A DNA stretch of 29,797 nucleotides, taken from positions 1-29,797 of the IMG/VR virus record IMGVR_UViG_3300037761_000196; one strand, 5' to 3'. The position numbers and the translations under genes were made by a program. Shown piece after piece: positions 16,301 through 24,211 of this stretch. Below the pieces are notes generated by a model, which had not been told where the DNA came from, made no database searches, and was given only the letters and a program-made list of their open reading frames with translations. The first letter of the stretch is position 1. Every line of letters starts with the position of its first letter. Source of the DNA: a virus (lineage: Duplodnaviria > Caudoviricetes).

Positions 16301-17234
16301 TGTCCTGGACCAGCGGTCGGACCTCCAGATCCGTAAACGACACGGTCACGGGCAGCGCGGTGTCGGCGGCGGTGATCATCGCGTACAGGCCGACATCGCC
16401 GCTGGTGTAGGTCTCGTCATGGACCTGGGCGTGCCAGGCGGCGGGCTCGCTCTCGCCATCGGCCCATACCCGCACCCGGATATCGGGGCCGTCCATGCGG
16501 ACCCTCACGCGCAGCGGCACATCCAGCGCGTAGACGAGCCCCGGGACGGGTCGTTGCCGGCACAGCACCGTGATGTCGCCGGCATCGAGGCGGTTGATGT
16601 TCACCGCTACCCGGCGGCCGCCGCCGGGCACGCCGGTGTCCACCCGTAGTCCCACGTTAACCATGTAGGCGCCGTCCCGGGCCGCGGTGACGCGCCCGAA
16701 AAATGACCCCAGAATCGCTTCCTCGGATACCACGTCGGCCGGCGCGGTATCCACCGACAGCGCGTATGTGGCGTCGAAGTCCCCCACAGTCGCATCGTCC
16801 AGCACGGACTGAAAAAACGCGTCCAGGACGTCCACGCTGATACGGGCGGCCCCGTCCGACACCGAGTAGTCCTCCGCGGCCCCGCCGAAGTGGGTCCACG
16901 TCTGCCCGGAATCAGCGTCCCCCCAGCCGTCGGTCTCGGTGCGGTCGAACACGTCGGTGACGACCGGGTCCGGTGGCGTGGGCAGGTCCCCCACCCTCAC
17001 CTGGAACGGCGTGTTCCGGCCGATCCGCCCGTACAGCGGCGAGCGCGGGTTGCGCGGCGAGTAGGTGCCGTCGCGGTTGTTGATCCGCACCCGGGCCTTG
17101 CCGGGCTGGGCCTGGCCGCCCTCCGCGGACTGGCCCCGGGTGATGGTGATGGGCGGTGTGGTGCGCATGGGGACGCGCTGCCAAATGCCGTCAACCAGGA
17201 TCTCCCCGGTGATCTCCGGCGGAAAAGTCACCAT
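13362..17234 (-). CDS. Large multi-domain tail tip/baseplate protein with lectin-like inserts (1290 aa)
   Basis: Directly after the tape measure. N-terminal ITITRG...INNRDGTYSPRNPRSPLYGRIGRNTP, PLGYWPL LamG-like entry, duplicated DxFxRxETDxWGDADSGxTW domain. Confidence 0.85.
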   Translation of the reverse strand: MVTFPPEITGEILVDGIWQRVPMRTTPPITITRGQSAEGGQAQPGKARVRINNRDGTYSPRNPRSPLYGRIGRNTPFQVRVGDLPTPPDPVVTDVFDRTETDGWGDADSGQTWTHFGGAAEDYSVSDGAARISVDVLDAFFQSVLDDATVGDFDATYALSVDTAPADVVSEEAILGSFFGRVTAARDGAYMVNVGLRVDTGVPGGGRRVAVNINRLDAGDITVLCRQRPVPGLVYALDVPLRVRVRMDGPDIRVRVWADGESEPAAWHAQVHDETYTSGDVGLYAMITAADTALPVTVSFTDLEVRPLVQDTGVVRLAGEVPAWPPRRSLGKDRWSPIAPAGVLRRLGKGQRPVKSVMRRQIPSLFPLGYWPLEPDARLGSGVPYGQRLTRADLDYDHMDATLPGSDALPAVGPGARIISAPVASEGLTSWNVSLMFRFAETDFPAAGEHRILRFTTAGSAALIWVVTAGIVSGGNRGLRLTLYDADSTELDTAVATHDGALAAGGPGLLDAWRVLRIVAEQVGADVAWRVDWLDLDASTWGSGGTLAGSSVGSPYQINTAIGAGVTRMHLGHLGVWGTRFTTGYSHAPTLPELGSNAPAAGMPGQPARDFLDRLAASEGMPLTITGPALERLGPYPPGTALGLARQVQQTEMGLLTEDRAGLRLVYRARETLYNQTPALIIDWSSGLVSDPVEPTDDDKPVVNRVIARRRGGSEVVRELTEGPLSVRPHPDGAGDYGAVADTIVAEDEQLPGQAGWRLHLGTADELRWTKLTLDLANERVRPLIDQILQVGEGDIIRITHPPDDLPPGPIDIMVLGYTETLGAYRWTITFNGAPASPWTVAQSAGQVREDFEDADLAVTITDAGDAAWARTETEAHTGTWSLGSGAITDDQTSDAVVTVPADAVDLSVWYKVSSEQGFDFLRILVDAEEVLAVSGEVGWARLTVPVDTASTVTCRYTKDSSVSEGDDAAWVDDLQFTLAGQTGDPPQRADTDGSVLAADVTATGTELLVHTPGGRWVASGGIAPTDSGDLPLQVRLTPDGGTGGETVTVTAVEDLAWDQFARAETDTWGDADSGHTWTETGGAASDRSVDGTSGVITLQADPDESRIQTLGETITDCEIRVRVSVDQTATGGSLTPCVVFRSDGPSDFYRLRMHFTPSGTTFLSVLRSTALIGAQVQLPWPYAPDDQFEIRARIDGHRIRARAWPTGTAEPAIWHIDRTVDSDTIDTGDIGLIGVALTTNTNVTPAQRFDNYQVRTPQRVTAQRAVNTISRGWDAGDDVRLAVPPIVPL

Positions 17235-17240
17235 GTCAGC

Positions 17241-18911
17241 TCACCCCTCTGCGAGTTCGATGATGGAGCCGCCGCCGGCTGTGCGGGTGATCGCCTTGAT
17301 GAAATCGACGAACGCGTCCTCTCCGCCGTTGACGTCGATGACCACACGCTGAGTGCCGCCGCCCCGCATGTCCATCAGGCCCCGGAGCTTGGACAGGGGC
17401 AGCACGGCTTCCTGCTCGCGGCCCTCGCCGATCATGGCGAGCGTGGGGCCGGTGGTGATACCGCCCTCGGCGAGGGTCGGGATAGTGGGCATGGAGAATC
17501 CCTTGCCACCCATACCTGGGACCCAGCCGGGCACCTTGAAACTCAGGCTGCCGACCGACGAATTCCACAAGCCGGCCACGCCGTTGAACGCCGACCGCGC
17601 GGCGGACTTGATCCCGTCGAACATGCCCGACGCGGCGCGGCTGATGCGGCCGGGCAGGCCCGTGACTGTCGAGACGACGTCGTCGAACACGCCCGAGACC
17701 CAGCCCTTGATCGACCCCCAGTTCGAGATGAAGATCCCGAGAGGGTGGAACCGCATGAAGATCCCCTTGACGGTGCCGATCGCGTCCCCGATGAACCCGG
17801 TGATCCCGTTCCACACGCCCACGAGGAAGTCCCACACCGCGGTGAACACGGCGACGGTGACGGACTTGACGGTGTCCCAGTTGGCGATGACCAGCGCGAC
17901 CAGGGCGATCACGGCGGCGACGATGAGGATCAGGCCGCCCGTGGCGACGATCCAGGCGGCGGCCATCACGAGGGCGTTGGCCATCGCCGCTATACCCATG
18001 GCGATCCAGGAGCCGACCCAGGCCACCGCGGTCGTCGCCGCTGACGCCACGGACGCCGCGGCGCCGGCCAGCATCCCCCCGCGCAGCAGGGTGAGCATGC
18101 CGATCAATCCGAAGACGGCCGAGCCGACGGAGGATGCCATGCCGATCCAGGAGCCCATCACCTCCGGGCCGACCATGTTGCGCTGGGCGGCGTTGAGGTC
18201 CAGCTGCGCCTGGCGGCCGTCGAGGAGGGCCTGCTCGCCGTCGGCGGTGGCCTGCCCGTAGTCCTCGGTCGCCTGCTTGGCGTCCAGCATGGCCTGCTCG
18301 GCGTCCTCGGTGGCCTGCTTGGCGTCCTCCTTCGCCTGGGTGGAGTCCAGGTCCGCCTGCTTGAGATCCAGTGCAGCCTGCTCGGCCTCGATGGAGTTCT
18401 TCCCGAATTCTTCGACGGCCTCGGTGTAGTCCTCCTGCGCCTGGCGGGCATCGATGGCGGCCTGCTCCACATCGAGCCCGGCCTGAGCGCCGTCGATCTG
18501 CGCCTGATTGACGTCGAGGGTCGCCTGCTCCAGGTCGATGTTGGCCTGCTCCAGGTCCAGGGCGGCCTGGGTGGCGTCCCGCTGGGCCTGCTCCATGTCC
18601 ATCGAGGCCTGCTCGACATCGATCTCGGCCTGGGCGAGGTCATCGGCCCGGCGCTCGGCGATGTTCCACAGGTCGCTGGCCTGCTGGGTGATGTCGCCGA
18701 GGCCGGCCAGGGCTGCGGATGCGCCGAGTGCGCCGACGCCGACCGCGTCCATCCGGCTGCCGGCCTCGCGGCCCGCGGCGCCGGCGTCATCGAGACCGGA
18801 CGCGGCGCCCCCCGCGGCGCTGTCGAGATCGTCCAGGCTGCTGCTGGCGGCGTCGATGGTGGCCGAGGTGTTGCCGATATCGGTGTCGATGTCAATCGTC
18901 ACGTCCGCCAC
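17241..18911 (-). CDS. Tape measure protein (short, ~556 aa)
   Basis: Follows the chaperone pair. Heptad repeats, hydrophobic block, Trp/Phe-periodic repeats, IPTLAEGGI...AMIGEGREQEAVLPL. Start chosen at GTG 18911 behind GGGGG. Confidence 0.9.
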   Translation of the reverse strand: MADVTIDIDTDIGNTSATIDAASSSLDDLDSAAGGAASGLDDAGAAGREAGSRMDAVGVGALGASAALAGLGDITQQASDLWNIAERRADDLAQAEIDVEQASMDMEQAQRDATQAALDLEQANIDLEQATLDVNQAQIDGAQAGLDVEQAAIDARQAQEDYTEAVEEFGKNSIEAEQAALDLKQADLDSTQAKEDAKQATEDAEQAMLDAKQATEDYGQATADGEQALLDGRQAQLDLNAAQRNMVGPEVMGSWIGMASSVGSAVFGLIGMLTLLRGGMLAGAAASVASAATTAVAWVGSWIAMGIAAMANALVMAAAWIVATGGLILIVAAVIALVALVIANWDTVKSVTVAVFTAVWDFLVGVWNGITGFIGDAIGTVKGIFMRFHPLGIFISNWGSIKGWVSGVFDDVVSTVTGLPGRISRAASGMFDGIKSAARSAFNGVAGLWNSSVGSLSFKVPGWVPGMGGKGFSMPTIPTLAEGGITTGPTLAMIGEGREQEAVLPLSKLRGLMDMRGGGTQRVVIDVNGGEDAFVDFIKAITRTAGGGSIIELAEG

Positions 18912-19173
18912 GCTCGTCACCCCCCATCGCCTCGAACGCCTGCAGGATCTGCTCCGGGCTCTTCTCGCCCTGCTCTCCGTAGGGGACAAGGAAGTCCGCT
19001 ATCGCCGCTTTCCGGCCGCGCTTCCCGCGGGTGGAGTTGGCGATGGCGGCCGCAACGGTGGCCGCCTGGATGTCCTGGCGCCGCCTGCCGAGCGGCCCGG
19101 TCATTTCCTCATAGGCCATCCACTCGGTGAGCTCGGCCGACCCCATCCGGGATTCCAGGTCGGCCACCGTCAT
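18892..19173 (-). CDS. Tail assembly chaperone, post-frameshift part (gpGT-like)
   Basis: Continues the -1 frame from the slippery site: ...LAEHLGMTVADLESRMGSAELTEWMAY. Confidence 0.85.
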   Translation of the reverse strand: MTVADLESRMGSAELTEWMAYEEMTGPLGRRRQDIQAATVAAAIANSTRGKRGRKAAIADFLVPYGEQGEKSPEQILQAFEAMGGDERGGRDD

Positions 19174-19187
19174 CCCGAGGTGTTCAG

Positions 19188-19595
19188 CTAGCCGGAATCG
19201 GAATCTCCGGGCGGGGAGGCGTCGGAGTTTTTTTCGGCTTCCTTAATGGCGAACTTGCCCATGCCGGAAAGCTCCTGGACCTTCGCCGCCAGGCGCTCGA
19301 TGACCGCCCCGGATTTGTCGTTGAGTTCGCGCATGGTCGTGTTGTTGTACACCCGGTTGAAGTTGTCATCCACCATGCCGAACGCGACAAGCCGCTGCCG
19401 GTACAGCTTCAGGGACTCCACCCGGAGGCTCGGATCCATCCCCTGCGCGACGACGGACCCTGCCTCCATGTAGCCGCGGTCGGCGGCCGACAGCTCCATG
19501 AGCCGGACTTCGCCGTCGCCCCACTCGGGCACGGGGACGTCTTCCCATTTCCGGTCGACAGCCTTGTTGATCTGGTCCTTGCTCATCAGTGCCAT
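19188..19595 (-). CDS. Tail assembly chaperone (gpG-like)
   Basis: Between major tail and tape measure. EDVPVPEWGDGEVRLMELS...LSGM; ends in a slippery sequence. Confidence 0.88.
   Translation of the reverse strand: MALMSKDQINKAVDRKWEDVPVPEWGDGEVRLMELSAADRGYMEAGSVVAQGMDPSLRVESLKLYRQRLVAFGMVDDNFNRVYNNTTMRELNDKSGAVIERLAAKVQELSGMGKFAIKEAEKNSDASPPGDSDSG
19227..19233 (-). other. -1 programmed ribosomal frameshift heptamer A-AAA-AAC
   Basis: In-frame GAA AAA AAC fits X-XXY-YYZ, and the -1 frame is open to 18892. Confidence 0.85.
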
Positions 19596-19596
19596 G

Positions 19597-20031
19597 TCAG
19601 CTCCCCGTCGCCGTGATGGTGGGCTTGCCCGAGATCTTGATGGTGACGTTGAGCTGCATGAGGTCGTCGTGGGGGAAGGCGTGGGACAGGCCAGTGATGA
19701 GCGCCGAGAATTCGATGGTCTTCTCGCCCGCGGTGCCGGGCCTGATCACGACCTGGTAGTCCCGCCGGTCGTCCTCCTCGTAGTCGGCCTCGAGGTCTGC
19801 GTGGGTCGAATTCCCGGGGTCGTAGCGGATATCGAGCGTCACTTCCCCGCCGTCTTTGAGGCCCTTCTCGAACTCCCTGTATTTGTTCGGGGAGTCATGG
19901 GTGGTGGACTCCAGTGCCTCCCTGGATTTATCCGGCCCCTGGATATCCGCCACGGCTCCGATCGCCGCGAAGGTCCCGGACCCGGTCGTATCCCGTTTGA
20001 ACTGCGTACCGAACGCGTCCACTCCGGACAT
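19597..20031 (-). CDS. Major tail tube protein (144 aa)
   Basis: MSGVDAFGTQFKR...TTHDSPNKYREFEKGLKDGGEVTLDIRYDP...TIKISGKPT. SD AAGGGAGG. Confidence 0.9.
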   Translation of the reverse strand: MSGVDAFGTQFKRDTTGSGTFAAIGAVADIQGPDKSREALESTTHDSPNKYREFEKGLKDGGEVTLDIRYDPGNSTHADLEADYEEDDRRDYQVVIRPGTAGEKTIEFSALITGLSHAFPHDDLMQLNVTIKISGKPTITATGS

Positions 20032-20048
20032 AGCGGCCCTCCCTTTTC

Positions 20049-20477
20049 TCAGTCGTTCTGTTCGGTGGTGACGCGGAACCGCATCGGGATGTGCCGGATA
20101 TCCCCGGGCGGGTCCGGGTCCGTGAGCGTCTGCATGGACTCGTACCGCGTGCTGATGTGGCGGTGGCCGGCGATGGTGAGCGGCTGGTGGTCCAGCACCT
20201 GCAGCACCCGCGCGGCGATCGTCAGGCCCTTGGAGTGGCCGTGATGCTGGGTCCAGACGTGCAGCGTGATGACCGTCTGCCGGCCCCACCCGTCATGAGT
20301 GTTGTCCGGGGACTCGACCGCCTCACCCAGATCGATATAGGGATACGGCGCCCCCTCGGGGGCGCCGTCGTACACGCCGTCCCCGGACAGCAGACCCATC
20401 AGCTGCGCATCCGCGGTGAGCAGCGCATAGACCGCCTGCTGAATCGCCAGCATCGGCGACGTCGCGGGCGTGCTCAC
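20049..20477 (-). CDS. Tail completion/terminator protein (DUF3168-like)
   Basis: LAIQQAVYALL...VYDGAPEGAPYPYIDLGE...ITLHVWT; synteny. Confidence 0.85.
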   Translation of the reverse strand: MSTPATSPMLAIQQAVYALLTADAQLMGLLSGDGVYDGAPEGAPYPYIDLGEAVESPDNTHDGWGRQTVITLHVWTQHHGHSKGLTIAARVLQVLDHQPLTIAGHRHISTRYESMQTLTDPDPPGDIRHIPMRFRVTTEQND

Positions 20478-20878
20478 CGCAGGGCCCTCCGCACCTCGGC
20501 CGTGATGCGCTTCTTCGCCCGGGGCCGCTCGGCCTCCAGCGCCGGGAGCAGGGATGGCTGCGCCGGCCGGGACCGGGTGCCGTACTCGACATACGCCGCG
20601 TAGTCCTCGCTGTCGTCATGCCAGCCGACGGTCGCCCGCAGGCCGTCGTCCTCGTAACGGATGCTGACGGTTTCGGCGAGGGTGCCCGAGGCCCGCGGCA
20701 CCGTGCGCGCGGTCTCGTCCCGGATCGCCTCCGCCGACTCCCGCACAGCCTCGCGGAGGGCGTCCTTGAGCTCGTCTGGCAGGTCCTCCAGGCGGGCCCG
20801 CAGGCGGTCTATACCGTCGACCCTCACGCTCCGGCCGCCCCCGCCGCTGGGCCGTGGGCGCCTTCTGGGTGCTGCCAT
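20474..20878 (-). CDS. HK97 gp10-family tail/neck component
   Basis: VPRASGTLAETV...YAAYVEYGTRSRPAQPSLLPA. Confidence 0.88.
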   Translation of the reverse strand: MAAPRRRPRPSGGGGRSVRVDGIDRLRARLEDLPDELKDALREAVRESAEAIRDETARTVPRASGTLAETVSIRYEDDGLRATVGWHDDSEDYAAYVEYGTRSRPAQPSLLPALEAERPRAKKRITAEVRRALR

Positions 20879-20883
20879 CGCGA

Positions 20884-21060
20884 TCACTTCCGTTTCTGCA
20901 TCAGCTTCCGGATGAGAGCGAGTTCGCCGGCGATAGCGAGCAGGGAACGCGCGGTCGCCGCGGCGTAGTCGCCAGACTCCGCCTCGGTCTCCGCGCGGGC
21001 GCGCAGCTCGTGCGGGTCCAGCTCCGGCAACCGCGGGGCCGGCACGTCGTGGGCGGTCAT
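20884..21060 (-). CDS. Hypothetical protein (58 aa, MTAHDVPAPRLPELDPHELRARAE...LLAIAGELALIRKLMQKRK)
   Basis: ATGA overlap at 21057-21060; fills the gap in the operon. Not in the ORF track. Confidence 0.65.
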   Translation of the reverse strand: MTAHDVPAPRLPELDPHELRARAETEAESGDYAAATARSLLAIAGELALIRKLMQKRK

Positions 21061-21401
21061 CGGCCGAGCTTGTACACGGCGACGGTGAGGTCTGCCGCAG
21101 CGTCGCTGTAGGTGATCACCGCGCGGCCGGTGGTGCCACGGAACAGGACGGTCAGCGGGATGATCCCGTAGTCCAGAGCCGCGATGGTCAGTGCGGCGTC
21201 GGTGATGGCGTGCCCGTCGGGCTCGCCGGGGATATCGACGGTGACGGTCCGCGGTTCGGCGGCGTGGCTGTTGAGGGCCAGCAGGAAGTGGCCCGGTCCG
21301 ATCTCGGCGGTGTCGCCGCCGACCGCGGCGGCCACCAGGTCGCCGTCCAGGTCAGTGGCCGGGTCGGCGGTTTTGATCTCGGTCGTGGCCAGGTCAGCCA
21401 T
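21057..21401 (-). CDS. Small beta-rich virion protein (decoration-like, 114 aa)
   Basis: SD GAAGGAG. Pattern similar to 22959..23321. Confidence 0.65.
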   Translation of the reverse strand: MADLATTEIKTADPATDLDGDLVAAAVGGDTAEIGPGHFLLALNSHAAEPRTVTVDIPGEPDGHAITDAALTIAALDYGIIPLTVLFRGTTGRAVITYSDAAADLTVAVYKLGR

Positions 21402-21759
21402 CGGGTTCTCCTTCACTCTGGATTAGCCGGCACTCGGCCCGCCGGTAGATGGGGGTGCTCGGGTGGGCGACGGCCAGGACCCGCCATGTCTCGCCGGTGG
21501 CGGCGTCGCGCAGTTCGTCCTGTCGGCGGACGTCGGCGGCGGGCAGGAGGTAGACGGTGTGGGTGTGCTCGGAGGAGGCCTGTGCGGCCAGCATCCGTTC
21601 CCGCGTGGATGGTTGGTCGACCTTCGCCCGGACCGGGTTCGGCTGCTGCATCATGACGGTGGTGTGGCCGCCGTACCCGTCCGGTTCGCGGGTGGGCCGC
21701 CATACCTGCAGGCGCCGGTTCAGCAGGTGCCCGACCCGCATCCGGCCGGCCGGGCTCAC
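21394..21759 (-). CDS. Head closure (head-tail joining, SPP1 gp16-like) protein
   Basis: HLLNRRLQVWRP...DGYGG...HTVYLLPAADVRRQDEL; synteny. Confidence 0.85.
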   Translation of the reverse strand: MSPAGRMRVGHLLNRRLQVWRPTREPDGYGGHTTVMMQQPNPVRAKVDQPSTRERMLAAQASSEHTHTVYLLPAADVRRQDELRDAATGETWRVLAVAHPSTPIYRRAECRLIQSEGEPDG

Positions 21760-22349
21760 CGTGACCTCAGCAGCGCGATGCCGCCGCCGAACCGGGCGGC
21801 CAGCTGCTCGCGCAGATACTGCGGGAGCTCCATCTCGGTGATCCCCCCGTCAGCCCCGTAGCTCACGGAGTAGTCGCCCAGGCTCTCCTGCCGGATGTTG
21901 ACGGCCGCCAGTCCGGATCCGTCCGGGGCCGCGCGCCAGGCGAGGAGGGTCGCGGTAGCGATCCGGGCGACCAGCATCACGATGTCCGCCGGTGTGGTGG
22001 GCAGGCCGTGGGTCTGCGTGACGGTCACGTCGGACGGCTCACAGGCCGGTGACCAGCCGGCCGCCCGCCACAGCCGGCTGTCCCGCAGCCGCCAGTCCGT
22101 CACCTCCTGGCCGTCGATGGCGACGCTGGCCACCGCGGTGACCGGCGGGCCCGGGAGGGTCAGCCACTGAGTGGCCGGACCCTCCATGGCAACGGTCGAG
22201 GTGGTCTCGCTGATCGGGACCCCGGCCGCCTCCCGGACCGAAGCCGAGGCGGCGGCCAGATAGGTCACCATCAGCGCGTCCTCGCCGGCCTCCAGCGTCA
22301 GCCCGAGGGCGGTAACGTCAGCGAGGCTGGCGAGCGGGTCGAGCGCCAC
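21756..22349 (-). CDS. Head-to-tail adaptor/connector (SPP1 gp15-like)
   Basis: PLASLADV...LAAASASVREAAG...VTQTHG...QESLGDYSVSY. Confidence 0.85.
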   Translation of the reverse strand: MALDPLASLADVTALGLTLEAGEDALMVTYLAAASASVREAAGVPISETTSTVAMEGPATQWLTLPGPPVTAVASVAIDGQEVTDWRLRDSRLWRAAGWSPACEPSDVTVTQTHGLPTTPADIVMLVARIATATLLAWRAAPDGSGLAAVNIRQESLGDYSVSYGADGGITEMELPQYLREQLAARFGGGIALLRSR

Positions 22350-22371
22350 AGCAGACCCCCTTTCCTGTGTG

Positions 22372-22959
22372 TCAGGTGACCATCGCGATCAGGTCATCGC
22401 GGGTGTAGGCCTCGGCGTCCTCCCGGGCCAGCAGCCCCAGGCTCACGATGTGGTCGATCCACACCGACTTGGGGGCGTCGTCCGCCGGCGGGCCGCCCTT
22501 CCCCGGGCGCGCGGCCGGTGGGGTGTCGGGCGGCGGGTCGGGCAGCTCCATGAGGTCGCCCTTGCTCATGCCCTCGGCGTCCTCCGCGTCGACGCCGAGG
22601 GCAGCGACGGCATACAGCACCCAGTCCGCCTTCCGGGCGTTCTTCGCCGGGCGCGGAGTGCGGCCCTCGGTGAGCGCGCTGCCGCCCGCGTTGCCGCTGT
22701 CCGTTCCCGGGTCGGGATCGGGCGAGGCCGCGCCCGGCCGCCGGTACGGGGTGCCGTCGGGGTTGACCCGGCGCAGCCGCCCGAGCTGCATCTGGCGGCG
22801 CACCTCCTTGGACATCCGGTCCGGGTCCATCTCGAACACGGCGCCGCCCTCGCCGCGCACGAAGATGGTGCGGGAGGCCGAGCTGGCGCGGCGCTGCTTG
22901 ACCAGCTGCAGCGCGGCGGCCAGTTCTTCCGGGCTGACGTCGTCGGGGAGTTCGGTCAT
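22372..22959 (-). CDS. Hypothetical protein with two short helical repeats (HeH/Rho-N-like)
   Basis: PAKNARKADWVLYAV...AEDAEGMSKGDLMEL and PADDAPKSVWIDHIV...REDAEAYTRDDLIAM. Confidence 0.75.
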   Translation of the reverse strand: MTELPDDVSPEELAAALQLVKQRRASSASRTIFVRGEGGAVFEMDPDRMSKEVRRQMQLGRLRRVNPDGTPYRRPGAASPDPDPGTDSGNAGGSALTEGRTPRPAKNARKADWVLYAVAALGVDAEDAEGMSKGDLMELPDPPPDTPPAARPGKGGPPADDAPKSVWIDHIVSLGLLAREDAEAYTRDDLIAMVT

Positions 22960-23321
22960 CAGGTGTACCTCGGCACTCGGAAGGCGGTGATGGTGCCGGC
23001 GGTGGCGGCCTCGACATCGATGAGGACGCTGCCGTCGTTCTGCAGGAACCGCCCGGACTCCAGCGGGCCGATCCAGCGGGTTTCGATGCCGACGGCCACG
23101 ACCAGGTCGCCCTGCCCGGCGGCGATGGCGGGCGGGGAGTCGCCGGCCAGGATGGTGATGTCACCTCCGGCGGACGCGTCCACGCGCAGGAGAGTCCACT
23201 CGGGTTCGGCGGCGGCGATGGTGTGGCCGTTGCCGACGCCGGCGTTCAGCGCGGTCCCGGCCGGATCGTCGGTGTCGGAGTTGGCGGCCAGGTCGCTGTG
23301 CGGTACTGCGGTGCGTGCCAT
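22959..23321 (-). CDS. Putative capsid decoration/cement protein (120 aa)
   Basis: Immediately after the major capsid gene. SD GAAAGGA. Beta-rich, WIGPLESGRFLQNDG. Confidence 0.7.
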   Translation of the reverse strand: MARTAVPHSDLAANSDTDDPAGTALNAGVGNGHTIAAAEPEWTLLRVDASAGGDITILAGDSPPAIAAGQGDLVVAVGIETRWIGPLESGRFLQNDGSVLIDVEAATAGTITAFRVPRYT

Positions 23322-23342
23322 ATCTGTTGGTGTCCTTTCCGG

Positions 23343-24194
23343 TCAGGTCTGGGAGGCGGTCGCCACGGCGATGCCGTCGGGGCGCACGAGCTTCGCGCCG
23401 TACAGGGCGAGGCCCTTGACGGCGTCGGAGAAGGAGCTTTCCGGGCGGTAGGCCTCGGTCTTGTTGATCTGCTCGGCGAAGCTGATCGCGCCGGAGACGC
23501 CGGCCTGCACGACGTTGTCGTCGCCGACGGGTGCGGGGGTGTTGTTGGACTTCAGGATGGTGAAGCCGGCGGCCATGCCGACCTGGCCGTTGCGCAGGCC
23601 GGCGGTGGTGCCGGCCTTGGAGGCGTCGATGAACCGGTCATCGCGCTGCAGCCGGCCGTAGGCCCACGGCGGGACGACGGCGTACCGGCCCTCGCTGGGC
23701 GCGTCGGCCTCGTCCAGGACGACACCGAGGGGTACGAGGATGTCGTCGTAGAACGCGGTCGGCGTGGCGGCCGGCACGCTGATGGTGCCGAGGTCGTTCG
23801 CCGCGGCGACGCCGGTGTAGAGGCCGGCCACGAACTGGTCCGCGACGTCGGCCAGACGGTACGCCGCCCGGCTCATCGCCTCGGGCATGACGTTGCCGCG
23901 CGCCTGCCTCTTGTCGACGTCATCGACCTTGAAGGCGAAGTACTTGGACTGGTCGATGACCAGATTGCGCTGGGCGTCGGTCAGTTCCTCCGGGGCGATG
24001 ACGGTGACGTTCGCCTCGTAGTCATCGATCGTCGGGTCGCTGATGGACGTGATCTTGACGACGTCGCCGGCTTCGGCGATGTCGCCTTCGTAGTCCCGGT
24101 TGACGATGCCGGGGCCCGCGTAGACCAGGCTCTTGCGCCAGGCGACCAGCAGCCTGGCGGACCAGATCTGCGGCCTGAATCGGGTGATGGCCAT
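23343..24194 (-). CDS. Major capsid protein (HK97 fold, P22-coat-like family)
   Basis: FRPQIWSARLL...VNRDYEGDI...GDVVKI...IDQSKYFAFKVDDVD...DAVKGLALYGAKLVRP. SD AAGGAGG. Confidence 0.92.
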   Translation of the reverse strand: MAITRFRPQIWSARLLVAWRKSLVYAGPGIVNRDYEGDIAEAGDVVKITSISDPTIDDYEANVTVIAPEELTDAQRNLVIDQSKYFAFKVDDVDKRQARGNVMPEAMSRAAYRLADVADQFVAGLYTGVAAANDLGTISVPAATPTAFYDDILVPLGVVLDEADAPSEGRYAVVPPWAYGRLQRDDRFIDASKAGTTAGLRNGQVGMAAGFTILKSNNTPAPVGDDNVVQAGVSGAISFAEQINKTEAYRPESSFSDAVKGLALYGAKLVRPDGIAVATASQT

Positions 24195-24211
24195 GGTGGG
24201 GCCCTCCTTGG

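Noticed and set aside
18912-18989. Upstream start for the tape measure at 18989
   Set aside because: It overlaps the chaperone ORF and gives an Arg-rich, implausible leader. GTG at 18911 has an SD-like run at proper spacing.
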